A DNA stretch of 64,000 nucleotides from Sminthopsis crassicaudata (taxonomy: Eukaryota), in assembly GCF_048593235.1 (NCBI RefSeq), contig NC_133618.1, forward strand, positions 200,126,221-200,190,220, given 5' to 3'. A program made the position numbers and the translations under genes. How positions within the stretch are numbered: position 1 is the first letter of the stretch; every line of letters starts with the position of its first letter. Below the pieces are notes generated by a model, which made no database searches, was not told the DNA's origin, and was given only the letters and a program-made list of their open reading frames with translations. Of this stretch, positions 12,001 to 25,527 are shown piece after piece.

Positions 12001-12713
12001 AGCACAGTATGAAGAGAAGCAAGATTGAGAATCTTTGGCCAGAGAAGTACAATGGATTCTCACCCATTATACATGGTATATTTCAGGTTCATAAGAAATA
12101 TTTATTCAGAAGTAAGCAATATCAAAACAAAATGAGTTTCAAATTCCTAGAGAGGCAATGTAAGATAGTAAAAAGAACACTGGAGGTGGTTTTACCAACC
12201 TTAGTACTGTCACTGTGTAGCCATGTGACTACTGACATGTCAATCAACATCCCAGCACCACAATTTTTTATTCATCAGAATAAGAATTTTGGAATAGATG
12301 GTACCTGGGGTCTTTTGTATCTCTAACATTATTTGACTCTAGGAAAAAAAAAATAACCAAAATGTGGACCACATAAACAGGTTAAAATATTAGCTAAGAG
12401 TGGAACAATGGAAACAGCCAACACCATTCTGGACAAACAGTCGACCTGGGCAATAAAAACAAAACAAATATGTGCACGTGCACACACACACACACACACA
12501 CAAATCCACTAATACAACAAATTGTTAATCTGGAATGAAATTAAATTAGTGTTTAATAAATGATTATTGATTAATTTATTGATCATTATTGATATGGCCA
12601 CATAAATTATGCCTCAATAGGGCATTTAAATAAATATAAAATTTAATATAATAAAAAATAAAATATTATAAAATTTAAATAATATAAAAAATAAAGGCTA
12701 ACCTTTCAAAGTA

Positions 12714-12716
<3 letters not shown>

Positions 12717-12759
<43 letters not shown>

Positions 12760-12876
12760 AGGCAATTGGGGTTAGGTGACTTGAACAGGAAGTGTTAAGT
12801 GTCTGAGACAGATTTGAACTCGGGTCCTCCTGACTTCAGGGCTGGTACTCTATCCACTGTGCCACCTAGCTGCCCC
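12717..12876 (-). mobile_element. Young WSINE1-type SINE with 39-nt poly(A)
   Basis: T39 at 12717-12755, then gctgaggcaattggggttaggtgact...tccactgtgccacctagctgcccc; short internal deletion near 12785 versus the other copies. Confidence 0.92.
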
Positions 12877-13274
12877 ATAGAATCTATTTTCAATCATGTT
12901 CCAAAGCCTAGTATTGGCACAAATTAAGCCTGACCAAAAAAGCAATTTTGTAGCTGAGTAGTACATCCGATCAAAGTGATATTTTAATCTGCAAGTATAA
13001 AATCTGATTCCTACAGTGAGGGCTAAATTCTAGGACTGACATTCTCTGATTAAAAAAGAAAAAAATTTTTTAAAGAATATCACAATTACCACTCAGCTGG
13101 CCAGATTAGATCTGTGGTTAGTCAACACAACTTTCAGTTAAGGCAGGTTCTGCATTATTTAATTAGATTGATAGGGAATTGATAGGATTTAATTAGAAGA
13201 TAGGGAAATTAAAATAAAAGAAAAAGTAAGTGGAAAACAAGCATTTATTAAGCACCCCCATACAAATTCATATG

Positions 13275-13750
13275 TTCTGACTTTGTCATCTCCTACTTAA
13301 CTCCAGGGCCTCTTCACAGCTTCAGGATCAAATACAAAATCCTGTTTGATATTTAAAGTTCTTTATAACCCAGCCTCCTCACTCTAAAATCTTTCTACTC
13401 TTCTTATACGTTGTTCCCCATCACATAATCTTCAATCTAAAATTATTCCATGAATAGAAACCCCATCTCTCAGTACCAGTAATTTTTTCTGGCTACCCTC
13501 CAGAGCGAGAATGTTCTCCCTTCTCATCTCTCTTACTTACTTCCCTGATTTCTTCCAAATTCCAACTAAAATCTCATCTTCTAAAGAAAGCCTTTCCTAG
13601 TCCTTTTTTAATTTTAGGGCCTTCCCCGTTTTAATTATTTCTTATTTATTCTGTACGTAGCATATTTGCCATCTGGGAAGTCTGGGACTATCTTTTTTTG
13701 TAGTTCCAGTGCTGATTACTGTGTCTAGGAGGTCAATAAATGCTTATTAA
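13275..13750 (+). mobile_element. L2 LINE 3' end
   Basis: L2 3' motifs (ggatcaaatacaaaatcct...aagcctttcct...tcaataaatgcttatt). Confidence 0.75.
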
Positions 13751-13789
13751 CACATGGGTAAGTCAAGTTCAAAGGACCATGAAATTCAT

Positions 13790-14365
13790 TTCGTCCAACT
13801 TGTAACTGACTGAGAACACTGAATACAAGATATATGACAAGTGATCATTCAGCTTCCCAAGGAAGCATTTTTACTTTTGGATGACTCTATTAATTAGGTT
13901 ATTTGTCCTGAGATTAAGCCTAAATTTGTCACTTTGCAATAATTCTGCCTTCAAGGATCAAGAACAAACCTAGCCCCTCTTTTGTAAGCCAGTCCTTCAG
14001 ATATTTGAAGATCAGTACCAAAACCTCTTCAATCTATTTTTCACAAGGCTATACCAGTTCCTTTAATTTACCTGGAACTCAGCCCTTAGATTCAACTGGC
14101 ATGGTATAGTATGTACAGATAAAGGCAAACTAGGACAGAGTATAGTAAAACAATTGTCTCTAAGTTTCTTTAAAGCAATGTAAGATCATATTACCTTCTT
14201 CAGTTTGCATAATGGTTTATACTGAAGCTGTCTATAAGACTTTAAGATCTTTTCTTTAGAAAAACCTCCATGTAGCTGCATCTCCACCTTATATTTTTGA
14301 TGTTGATATGTTTGGAACCAAAGTATAAAACATTCGTGCCTATTCAATTTCATCTTCTTAGGGCT
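13790..14365 (-). mobile_element. L3/CR1 LINE fragment
   Basis: Reverse of the CR1 ORF2 end (ccagtccttcagatatttgaagat...attcaatttcatctt). Confidence 0.6.
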
Positions 14366-14372
14366 CCAGGAG

Positions 14373-15390
14373 GGTGTTTATCCTTCATTTTCAAAAAGGA
14401 TTAAAATGACATCTCTGTGAGGGTCAAGGTATAGTGTTCAAGGTACAGTATGTCTGAATGTGATTGATCAGACCAATGTGAAATTATCAGGCTCTACCAC
14501 AGGTTGGGCACAAATAGTCCATATGAACATTTGGAGTAGAGATGACTTAAATTTATACTTTTTGTGTTGCTTTTGAGCTACCTCAATTCTGCTTCAATCA
14601 TGGAGCACAGCACCTTCTTTGATTTGGGCATTCCACATGGAACCGCTTTGCCAAAGTCTCCCATGTCTCACAATTGATTTCAAAATTCTTCACTGAGATA
14701 TTGAGAGTGTCCTTGTACGGCTTCTTCTGACTTCCATGTGAGTGCTTAGCTTGTGTGAGCTCTTCATAAAATGGTCTTTTAGACAAACTCTGATTTGGCA
14801 TTCCAACAACATAGCCAGTCTATCGGAGTTGTACTCTCTATAGTAGAGTTTGAATGCTTGGCAGTTTAACTCAAGAAAGGACTTCAATGTCTGCTTCCTT
14901 ATCTTGTCAGATCATCTTCAGAAGCTTCCTAAGACAAATGAAAATGAGTAAGTTTCCTGGCATGGAGCTAGTACACTAACTGCCTTAGTTTCACAGGCAT
15001 AAAACAGTGAGGTCAACACAAAGGCTCTGTAGAGGTTCAATTTAGTAGGTTGCCTAATAATTCTTCTCTTTCATACTTTCCTTTGGAGGCTCCCAAACAC
15101 TGAGCTAGCTTAAGCAATGCTTGTATTAGCTTCATCATCTATGTGTACATCCCTGGAAAACATACTGCCAAGATAAGCGAACTTATTCAAAGTGAACATC
15201 CACAGCATTCAAAATTTCTCCATTTGCTGTAATCAAAGGTTCTAGATGTGGATGGTCTGATGATGGCTAAGGAAGAACCTCTGCTTTCTTGATTTTAATT
15301 TTAAGGACAAAATTAGTACAAGCAGCAGAAAATCTATCCATATTTTGTTGCATCTCAGGCTCAAAGTCTGCATTAAGTGCACAACATCAA
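14373..15390 (-). mobile_element. RTE-clade LINE, 3' ~1 kb (degenerate RT and C-terminus)
   Basis: ORF 14598-14801 (MPNQSLSKRPFYEELTQAKHSHGSQKKPYKDTL...WETLA) matches the RTE ORF C-terminus; upstream YLGS motif of RT; RTE 3' tail (gtcattttaatcctttttgaaaatgaagga). Confidence 0.9.
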
Positions 15391-18300
15391 ACGTTTACAA
15401 ACAAACAAACAAAATGTACTAACTGTCCCTCCAAGTTGGTCTTAGCTATATGAACTTAGCACTGAAAACAACAGTATAGAAATTCTGATTATGACATGTA
15501 GTGCTCCATTAATGCACTTCTCTGTTACCCCATTATGCTTTAGAGGTGACTTGGGAGTTCTCTAAGTCTCGCCTGCAAAATAGAAATAGAAATATGGGTA
15601 GTAGTTAAAACATGGGGATGTTTTGAGGAAAAGTCTCTTATAAAATTGCAAATGTTATAAGAAACTAGTGGTATTACTATCAGTTCTATGACCAATGGTT
15701 TCATTGATTTGGGGAACACCAAGTGAGGAAGCTCTCTTTCCATGTAAATCAGCACTTTCTCTGAAGCCTAAAAACTCAGGATTATGCCTAGATCATTGAG
15801 ACATTATGTGACTTACCTAACATCATGCACCCAGTATCATATCCAGTAGGTGAAATCAAATTTACCTGATTCTGAGGCCTTCTCTCACCCATAAAGTGAG
15901 AACTGCTTCTCTATTATTCTTATCTTTATGAATCCTTAGTTTCCTTTTACTCCCAGAAGGCCTGATTTTCTCAAAGTAAATGCTAGTATAATTTCTCTCT
16001 TCCACGTTGAAACTTTCCCCACAGAAGTTCCACATAAGAAATTAAATGGGAATTTTGGAGGAGTTTTGTAAAAGCCAAAAATAACATTTGAAGCTCACTA
16101 AATGGCACAGAAAAAGTTTAGAAACTCAGAAATACATAAAATATATGTATTGTATTGCATAATATCAATATATTTTATTTTTCAATACCAGGATAATTCA
16201 CACTTCTTCTCTGATATGAAGGGAGAGTCAAAAAATAGTGTGTAAATTTTTCCAGATCTTGAGGGCATCACACCCCTATTCCTGAGATGTGGAAGAGATA
16301 AATATGCAACATAAACTCTGGAAGGCCCCTTTACAATGGAAAACTTTTGTGTATGAGCCCTGAAGTGGATTATATGCTTTTTGTGTAAGGATTAGCCTTG
16401 CTGAATTATAAGATAACTGCTATCTTTTCTCCAAGGTAGTGAGGTCTGAAAGATATAACAACTCTTGAAGACTACTAATAAGTTCCTAAGGTGCTAACAT
16501 CTACATTGGTACACATTGTTGTTGCCCATTGTTTTTGTTTTTTGTTTTTTGTTTTGTTTTGAAGAGGACCAAAATGACATTACTGTGTTAGAATCGACTT
16601 AAAGTGTGTTGAACTGATCAGACCAATACAAGCTTGGACACAGAATTCTATTGAAACTATCAATCCTGAAAGAATTAAATTATTATTATTCTTAGAAAAC
16701 ATATCACTTCCCTTGGCCTCCCTAGAATGAGAATGTTTGTTTCCTACCCAACCATCTGCCAAATTAGTGGGAATTTGAATTTCCTCAATTCTAAGCTATT
16801 GTTGGTTAGTTAGTACTGTCAATAAGAGTAAGAACTCCAGAAGGGAAACAGTTACTATTTGGGAGGCAAAGAGAAGCCTAGGGTCATTAGGGAGTTGTCA
16901 GGTGGGAAGATATGTAGGATTTCTGGCTTTAGGATGGTGAAGGTGAGGGAATAGAGAATGAGTTTTGGTGGGGGAGGGGAACTCCTGGAAGTTTATCACC
17001 CGTTTCCCGGCTGTGAGAGTTCCTGCCTCTATGCCCACAGGCAAATCACTTGACCTTTGCCAGAGTTTCAGTCTCCTTACCTATGGCTTTCAAGTAACTC
17101 CCTAAGATTCCTAAATTGCTCAATAGTTTCTGAGTTTCTCTATTCTGATGAAATCATAGGTTCAGTCAAAAAAAAAAAAAAAAAAACAATAAAAAATTTA
17201 AAGGATGGAAATAATACAATAACTACCTCTTAAAGCAGTTATGAGAAAAGTGCTTTGCAAACCTTAATGGATTTGATCCGTGAGCCATTATTAAAATTTT
17301 TGTGAGCCATTAATCCAATTTTAACATCACTTATCTTCTAAATGACAGACCTCAGCATCCCAATGTCAACTGGAACTAAAGTGAGGTAAGAAGCAGGGTT
17401 AAGATTAAGGGACATTGTCTTCCTAAGTAGCTAGATGAGAAGAAAGAAGGAAAAAGAAAGAAGGATGGGGAGAAACCCACAGGAACTTCTTGACAGGGTA
17501 TCGCCACAAATAGCAGTGCCTTTTTGGAAAATATGGAGTTTTATTGAATGAAATATAGAAAGGGTCTGCTAATATTGGAGATCAAAGTCAGTACCTAACA
17601 GACCATGATCCAAGAAGAGTATGCATGTAAATGAACTAGTTATTCCAATTCTGCCTCTTCCTATCCTGTTCTGGTTGAGATTCACTGATTACCAAAATCT
17701 TTCCCATGCCTCATAAAAGTCTTCACTTCTAATTGTCCATTCATTACTGAGAGAACAGGGGTCACTAAATCATAGGATTTAAAACTGAAAGAGATCTTAG
17801 AGAATATCTAGATCAAAATACCCCTCACCATTTTGCAGATAGGAAATTAAGTATATAAGATCACATAGCTATTAAGTGGTAGAGCTGGAATTTAAACCAA
17901 AATTTCTGATTCATTAAGTTACACATTACTGAGTTAAACCCAAGAAGTCAAGGATAATGCAAGAAACAAGTAATCAACTAGTTAAAATTAATGATAGTTA
18001 GTGTTACTCTCTTTAAAGAAGGAAAAGCAAGCCAACTATATACCTGGCACAGTGCTAAGTACTTTACAAATATTATCTCATTCAGTTCTTATAACAACTA
18101 TATTATTATTCCCATTTTTATAGATGAAAAAACTGAGACAGACAGAAGCTTAGGATGATCAAACAACTGTCCAAGGCTACATTTGAACTCAAGCCTTCCT
18201 GTTTCCAAATACCAAGGCTCTATCCACTGTGCCATCTAGAGGCCTTTAAAAAATTCACATTTGAGACTTGTAATTTGATTAAAATTATAAGGAATTAGTT

Positions 18301-19494
18301 CTTTTGTTTTTATTTTTTGGTTAGATGAGGTGGATTTCTGAGGAGGATGATAGGAAAGGCTAGTGAGGACAAATAGATGATATAAAAGCAGAAGATATTG
18401 ATTAAAATGTATTATGAAATTTAATGGAATGGTTTGTTTCAATAAAATGACTATTTTTCTTCATAAAACCATAAAAATTATAATATTGTTCAGATTTGTA
18501 GATTACTCATTCCAGGATCTTTTCTCAGACAGTGGGGGAAAGGGACATGTAAGGTATGTTTTTCTGCCATCCTCATTAAAAAAATTAATCTATCACTTTA
18601 TTATATTATATCCACAATTAGGATTCCTAGAATGGATCCCCAATATTCTATTTATCTTTGGGTTATCTGTTATTTGGGAATGTATTTAAAAATTTTTTGA
18701 ATTTGTATGAGTCCCATAAGTTACTATCCAATGTTTATTATGGTACTAAGTAATTCTACATATCTAAGTATCAAAACTTATCTCAATCAAGTCTAAAATG
18801 AGGGCCCTTGAGTTTCCAATACATTTGAATTCAGAAAGTAAATCACTGTTCATGCTAGCTATATTATCTAAATTATTTTATAGATATTAACTACATTCTT
18901 TGTCATACTATGGTTGTCTAATTTTATTTTTTCCCTTGTTTTCCAAGCCTTCTGCATTCTTCACCCTCATTCCTCATGACTTTAGTTATTAATCTGTAAA
19001 ACTTCTACAATTTAAATTTTATGTTTCTTGAAATAGAGGTCAAAAATTTTGAAAGGATTGCAAGTATCAATCCATCATAGATTTGGACAAAAGAATAATA
19101 ACTGCTTTAAAAAAAACTCATTGTTTTATTTCCAAAAGAACATACAAATTAGCTATTCCTTAGCAATTCAAATTAAGAACAACATCAACAACAAAGGTAT
19201 TTGATATAGCTCCAATTGAATGATCTGAAATGTTTAGTTGGAAAAAAATAGGGACTTAATAAAATAGGACCTTAATATCTCTTCCTCCCCCCAATGTGCT
19301 TCATTATATAGGGGTTAATGTATTTGTGGATCATTATTCTTGATTATTAAAACAGGGATAATAATTTATAAATTTCCCCAAAAAAATTAAAGAAAATATC
19401 TTTAATCAAAGATTCTCCACAGAGAAGATTAACTCTTTAAAGAGGACAAAGACTATGAGATAGTATAAATAAAAATAGTATATATAAAATCTAT

Positions 19495-19845
19495 CTACCC
19501 AAGCTGTGCTTTTTCACTAGCTGTCCCTTATCCCTGCAATTCTCTCCTTCTTCATCTTCCACCTTCTGGCTTTGTTGATGTCCTCCAAGTATTAGCTAAA
19601 AACCCTCCTTTTGCAAGAATGTTTCCAGAGTCCCTCTTAATGCCAGTGCCTTACCTCTGAGATAACCTTTATTTTGCCCTGTGTACAACTTGCTTGCATA
19701 TCATTATTTGTATGTTCTCTCCCCTATTAGATTGTGAGATCCCTGAGGAAAAGGCTTGTTTCTAAAAAAGTAAACTTTCCTTGTATCCCCATTGTTTAGT
19801 ACAATATCTGGCATACAGTAGGAGCTTAATAAATGCCTATTGATA
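19495..19845 (+). mobile_element. L2 LINE 3' end
   Basis: cccctattagattgtgagatccctgagg...tggcatacagtaggagcttaataaatgc. Confidence 0.8.
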
Positions 19846-21500
19846 GTGTTCTGCAAACCTTAAAGTTCTATGCTATATTATTAATCTTTGAATATTCTTA
19901 GGGATTTGATTTTTGCAGTTTGTTCTGTAGTTACCTGTAACAAACTGTAAAAATGGACTAATGAAACATTTTATAATTTGCTATTACAAAACCCCATAAA
20001 TTAAGCAGCTTTTCACATATGTGGCTCTAGGGAAATTTTCTGAAAGTTTCCCTACCTTTGCAATGAGCCAAGTAAAACAATTTTAGTGTATATAGTCACA
20101 ATTGATGAGTATGTTATAATTAACATTCTAAGGAATTTCCTCAAAGTAATGACTTAGCTGGTTTGAAGAAAGTTGACCGAGTCCTAAATAAAAGGAAGAT
20201 GAAATATTAATTTTGAAAATTAATTTTAAAAGATTAAAAACCAAAATCAACATTTCTAATAACAGCAACTTTTGACAAACTAAAGACTGATCCTCCATGT
20301 TAAATTATGGGTAAATATCAAAAACACGGGGAATATTACAGACATTTCCAAATCTACATACAGATTTTAATTAGGGCTAGATTAGAGTAGAATTCTTAGT
20401 CCAATGAAGGTGAAGACACTTAAAATCCAGAGTAGAATGTTCTATGAATTTTGAGGCAGGGTGAGATAGAGCAGAAAGTGCTGGTCTTGGAAGCAAGAAA
20501 ACTTGGGTTAAAATCTCACTTCTGACACTTACCAGCTTACAGGATCCTGAGTAAGACAGTTGACCTCTGTGTCCCATAAGCAATTCTTTATGACTTGTCA
20601 ATTATGGCATAGGTAGTCTGGTTGTAATCAAGAGCTCTCTCCACTGATGAAACCACAAACTGTTTGCATCTAAACATTTTTTTCGACTTGTATAAACAAA
20701 GGAAGATGAATTTATCTGTAGAGAATTAGGACAAATCTCTAGGAATATGATATAGTGTAAGAATATTGTTATTGGGTTCCATTTCAAATGCTTTCCTTTC
20801 CTAATCATGTAGTTAAGTCATCTTGCTTAGAAAGATCTTTGTTTCCCAATAGAATTGAACAAGATAAGCCCTAAAGTTTCTTTCAGCTCTAGCACCTTCT
20901 TACCTTTTGACTCATCTGAAACTTTTGTTTAAAGAGGATTGGACAGGCCAGAAATTCTTAACCTTGGTTCGGTAAACTTTTTTATGTTGATAATTATATT
21001 CCAATATATAATTGATCTCCTTTATAATGTTATGCATTGCCAAAGTAGACTATGACACCAAAAAGGCTTAACAACTTTTTAGAAAGGAATGAAATTTTTT
21101 AAAACAAGTTAGTAGCCAGAATATAATTTCAAAACCTGAAGTAATGGTCTAAAATAGAATTAACATGAATACTAATTTCTTATAATAGAACAAACTACAA
21201 TCATTGGGGGAAACATATCTTCTGAAACCCACATTTAGAGAAAGTTTGAAAATTAAGGCAGTAATTAAAAGTGAGCCATATTTTTATTCTTTCTTTATAG
21301 CTTATGTAATTCTCAATGTTCAAAAATATCTCAGTAAATAAGAAACACTTCAGAGGCCATATACTTCAATCAATAAATATAGGATCATTAATACTCTCCA
21401 TAATACCATCCCATCCTCCAGAAGTGAACATCCATCTTTAATTTTAAAAGTTTTAATAATAAGACATTCTCTAGGTCTCCATACATCCTCATCAATTTTT

Positions 21501-21734
21501 TTGTTGTTCAGTCATATCTGAAGCCATATCTTCATTATCCAATTTGGTATTTTCTTGGCAAAGGTATTGGAGCAGTTTGCCATCTTATTTTCCAGATCAT
21601 TTTACAAATGAGGAAACTGAAGTAAATTGGATTAGATGAGTTGCCCTGAGTCATACAGCTAATTTGAACTCAAGAAGATCGATTTTCCTAATTCCAGAGC
21701 CCAGGATTTTATCCACTCTGCCACCTAGCTGCCA
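21501..21734 (-). mobile_element. Mar1 CORE-SINE
   Basis: RTE-type tail (ttttcttggcaaaggtattggagcagtttgccat), core (ttttacaaatgaggaaactga) and head (tccactctgccacctagctgcc). Confidence 0.85.
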
Positions 21735-22308
21735 TAGTCTACTTTTGAAAAACTCTATTTTTATTAAATTGCTTTCTTTACCTGAAACCTAAATCTACCT
21801 TTCTGCAACTGGCATTCATGAATTTGTGGTTTTGTTCTCCTGAGCCAAGCAGAGTAAATCTAATTTATCTTCCATATGACTGCCATTATGCCAAATTTTT
21901 GAAGTCTGCTCTTACGACCTTCTGACAAATCTTCTCTTCTTCTAGATGAATAATTCCCAAGAGGTTCAACTAATATTTGTATGGTATAGGCTTCTGCCAT
22001 TCTGTTTCCCCTTTCTTTGATCTGGGTACTCAGTGCACATGTTTCCATCTGACAATTCTTGCCAATGTCCATAGGACTTACTAAAGCTCTTCCTCTGATT
22101 CTTTTTAATACTTTGACAGTACTCAAGCTACCCATCTACTATCTGTTCCCTTCAATATTCAACTAGCCTGCTTTCTTTTCAAATTTTTTGTGTCCTTTTG
22201 ATCAATCAACAAGCATTTTAAGCATTTATTATACACCAGGGATTCTACAAAGTCCTGGGGTCACAAAGAAAAAAAGAGAAAAGTTCCTGTTCTTTAGGAG
22301 CTTCTATT

Positions 22309-22448
22309 TTTTTTTTTTTAGGCTGGGGTTAGGTGACTTACCCAGGGTCACACAGCTAGGAAGTGTTAAGTGTCTGAGACCAGATTTGAACTCAGGTCCT
22401 CCTGAATTCAGGGCTGGTGCTCTATCCACTACACCACCTAGCTGCCCC
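22309..22448 (-). mobile_element. Young WSINE1-type SINE with 14-bp TSD, inserted in an L2 fragment
   Basis: TAGGAGCTTCTATT (22295-22308) and TAAGAGCTTCTATT (22449-22462) flank a near-consensus copy. Confidence 0.95.
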
Positions 22449-23279
22449 TAAGAGCTTCTATTCTAATATGAAAAACAAGAACTTCACAGAGTGTACCAGC
22501 AGGATAGTTCATCCGTTTCTAAGAAGGTAGCATTCAATGTCATCAAAAGTGAAGTATAATCAAAACTTAGATATAGTATTCTTGGCTCAGTAATAAGGCA
22601 GATAAAACTCAGTTTTATGCTGAAAGTAACAACCCAAATCATTTTTATGATGCACTGAAGGCTATTTATAAGCCAAAAATCTATATATATTTCAATTACT
22701 CAGTGCTGTTTAGTGATAATAACATTCTAATAGTTGTGTATATGTGGGGGGAGTATAAATTTTAATTTTAGAGTATTAAATATTAAATATATACAAGATA
22801 CCAACTGAGTGGATCCAAGATAACCTAAAAGGGAGAGTCACTAATGAGCAGGGAACTGGGAAAGACCCCTTGCAGAAGCCAGCACTTGAACTAACACTTG
22901 AATGAAATCAGGCATTCTAGGAGGTAGAAGAGAGATGGGAGAGCGTTCCAAACACATTGGTCACCATTTGTGAAAAACTACTGCATGCTTCCACCCATCA
23001 TGTGTCTTTTGCTGCCGTTTCACCTTCAATTATATGGAACTCAAATCCTGGGAGTATTAATGGACCACCCCATCTACCATATACTTCCTCTTGAATGGTA
23101 GGATTGAACTAGAATTATCCACAGGGAATGAATAAATAGGGTAAGAAACTTGGGTCTTGTACTTCAAAGGATCCTATATGAATCTTAAAAAGCAGAAAAT
23201 ATGACTGCAGAGCAAGCAATTGGCAGGATTTGATGGTAAGATAACAATATACATTGTTGGAGAAGAATTGGGGTGCTCA

Positions 23280-23310
<31 letters not shown>

Positions 23311-23599
23311 GGAGAAGAAGAAGAAGAGAGGCTAACAAGTATCATTTATCTCATCTCTGTCCATACACATTACTCAGGCTATATGGCCTCTTTTGATTAT
23401 TATTGCTATCAATGCTATTCTTGATGTCCCCTTAAACTATATTTTATTTGCATGAAAATATTAGGAGGAAAGGAAAAAAAGAACTCAGAAAGGTGAACTG
23501 CAGGCTTCTTTCAGGAACAAATGTACACAAGAGAGAATACCAAACTGCCCATGATAGGCTGTCTGTGAGTCCCAGTGCATCCTGGGGCTTAAGTTGGGT

Positions 23600-24780
23600 A
23601 GTTTTGATTAGTGTTCTCTAAAGATGTGTCCTGAGTGGATGTGCTAGATGAAGCTGATAGCGACAGACACTTGCCTTAATGCTAAGTCTCAGCAGATTAA
23701 TCTAAGAAGCTCTCAGTGGAAGCACAGGCGTGAGGTTTTCTTGAGATCAAGACTACATCACCTTGATTATTCCTTGATAAAAAACAGTGTGAGGTCCCCA
23801 GGGACTTTTCTCATTAGCCCTTCCCTCCTGCCAGGACAAAAGCCTCCAGCAGCTTTCCAGGCTGTGTGTGATTTCAGGATTGTCCCCTGCTGTTCCATTC
23901 TGGCCAGGCTCACCACAAATACCACTCTGTTTGTCCCCCTCTGTTCCTCACAGGCTGTGCCACAGGGAAGCACATTTTATCCAATTGGCAGCTGGGAGGG
24001 GGGCTGCCTAACCTTTCTCATGAGAGGCTGATGGGGTGGTACAGCAAGCAATGAGTTTGGAACTAGGACAAGCCTGAGTTTCTATGTCATTTCTGACATA
24101 TCATCTATGTGACTCTGATTTAGTCCTCACTTCTTTTGACCTCTGTCCTCTCATTTGCAAAACACGAATAATACTAATGATAGTAACTCCCAGGCTTGCT
24201 GTGAGACCCAAATGGGAGAATGTACTGAAAGTTCTTTGTAAAGCTCAAAGCTCTATTTAAATTCTTATTCTTATTATTCCTTAGTACCTGGAAGCATCCC
24301 TGCTGCTCCACTTTGGAATCTGGAGGTAAATAAACCAACTCAACTTCCTTTAGGGCAGGCAGCTACCTTTATTTTGGCCAAGCAATAGAGGGGAGCCTGA
24401 AAACAAGTTGAAATTCTAACCATCTTCTAGGTTCCCCCAGAGCTAAATCCCCCATCTCCTATCTGCTCTTGGTTCTGGCCTGCCCCCTCCCTCCCTGCTT
24501 GTTCCCACCACACTTCCATGGGCACACAAGCTATTTACTTGATGATAAGATAGAGAAGAACTGCCTTTTAGGGAAAATGCAGAGATAGATCATTTGCTAA
24601 GGCTGAAAAGCAGGTGTTCTCAAGCTTATCTGAATATTCTGAGTAAATCCCTGTTTTGAAATGTAAATGATTCTGCAGTCTGCCTAGTTTGAGATAAAGC
24701 AGTTAACAATGATTTAATCCTTTTCTTATACAGTTCTTTATCAGAAGACTGCCCAGGCCAACCATCTTTTCAAATGTAAT
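23600..24780. promoter_or_regulatory. Putative enhancer region (two unique modules separated by a MIR at ~24035-24260)
   Basis: EBF palindrome TCCCCAGGGA (23795-23804); seven WGATAR sites in 24459-24743; FOX-like TATTTAC/GTAAAT. Function inferred. Confidence 0.4.
24035..24260 (+). mobile_element. MIR SINE
   Basis: ctctgtcctctcatttgcaaaacacgaataata...ttgctgtgagacccaaatgggagaatgta...ctttgtaaa. Confidence 0.7.
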
Positions 24781-25527
24781 GAGTCCAAAAACAGGTAGAT
24801 CCCTCCCTTCCCAATTGCCATCTTGTTTATCCCATTCTGGAGGTGACAAAAAAAAAAAAAAAAAAAAAAAAAGCATTTCTGCTCTTAAATATTGCAGGGT
24901 CATATCTATGCATTTCTCAAGTTTTGCTTGATGGAAGGCACACACATACACACATATACATACAGAAAATATGTAACATATGTATGTAAATCTATATGTA
25001 TGCATATATAATCATGAAAAGACAATAAAGTATGTATGTATACAAATGTATGAGACACCTTTCTTTGTCTGGACCTGCAATTTTATTTGTATTGGAACTC
25101 TGGTTAGTAATTAATGCATATCAGCAGTATTATGAAATTTGCAATCTTGCTAAAGTAGCTAGGGATACTAAATGACTTACATGTCAAAAGAAGAACTTCT
25201 TTCTGACTCTGAAACTGACTTCCTGTCCATCAGGTCATGCTGCCTCTCTATTCCTACCTAAGGAGATAGGGGGCAGAGAGAATACAACTCCTGACTTGTA
25301 GAAACTCAAATCCAGGTTCAGACACTTACTAGCCTTGTGACCCTGGGCAAGTCACAGTATCTGTTTACCTCAGTTTCTTTATCTATAAAATTGAGAACTA
25401 TAATAGCATGCAAAATTCAAATAAAATCATAGTTGTACTTAACAGTTTCAAGCACATGGTAAGCACTATATAAAAGTTAGCTACTATTACTATAATACTT
25501 TATTGCTAGCAAAGCTATTCAGGTATA

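Noticed and set aside
23648-24031. 127-aa plus-strand ORF with an internal strong-looking acceptor (ctcacAG, ~23954)
   Set aside because: No recognisable homology or convincing donor; better explained as regulatory sequence.
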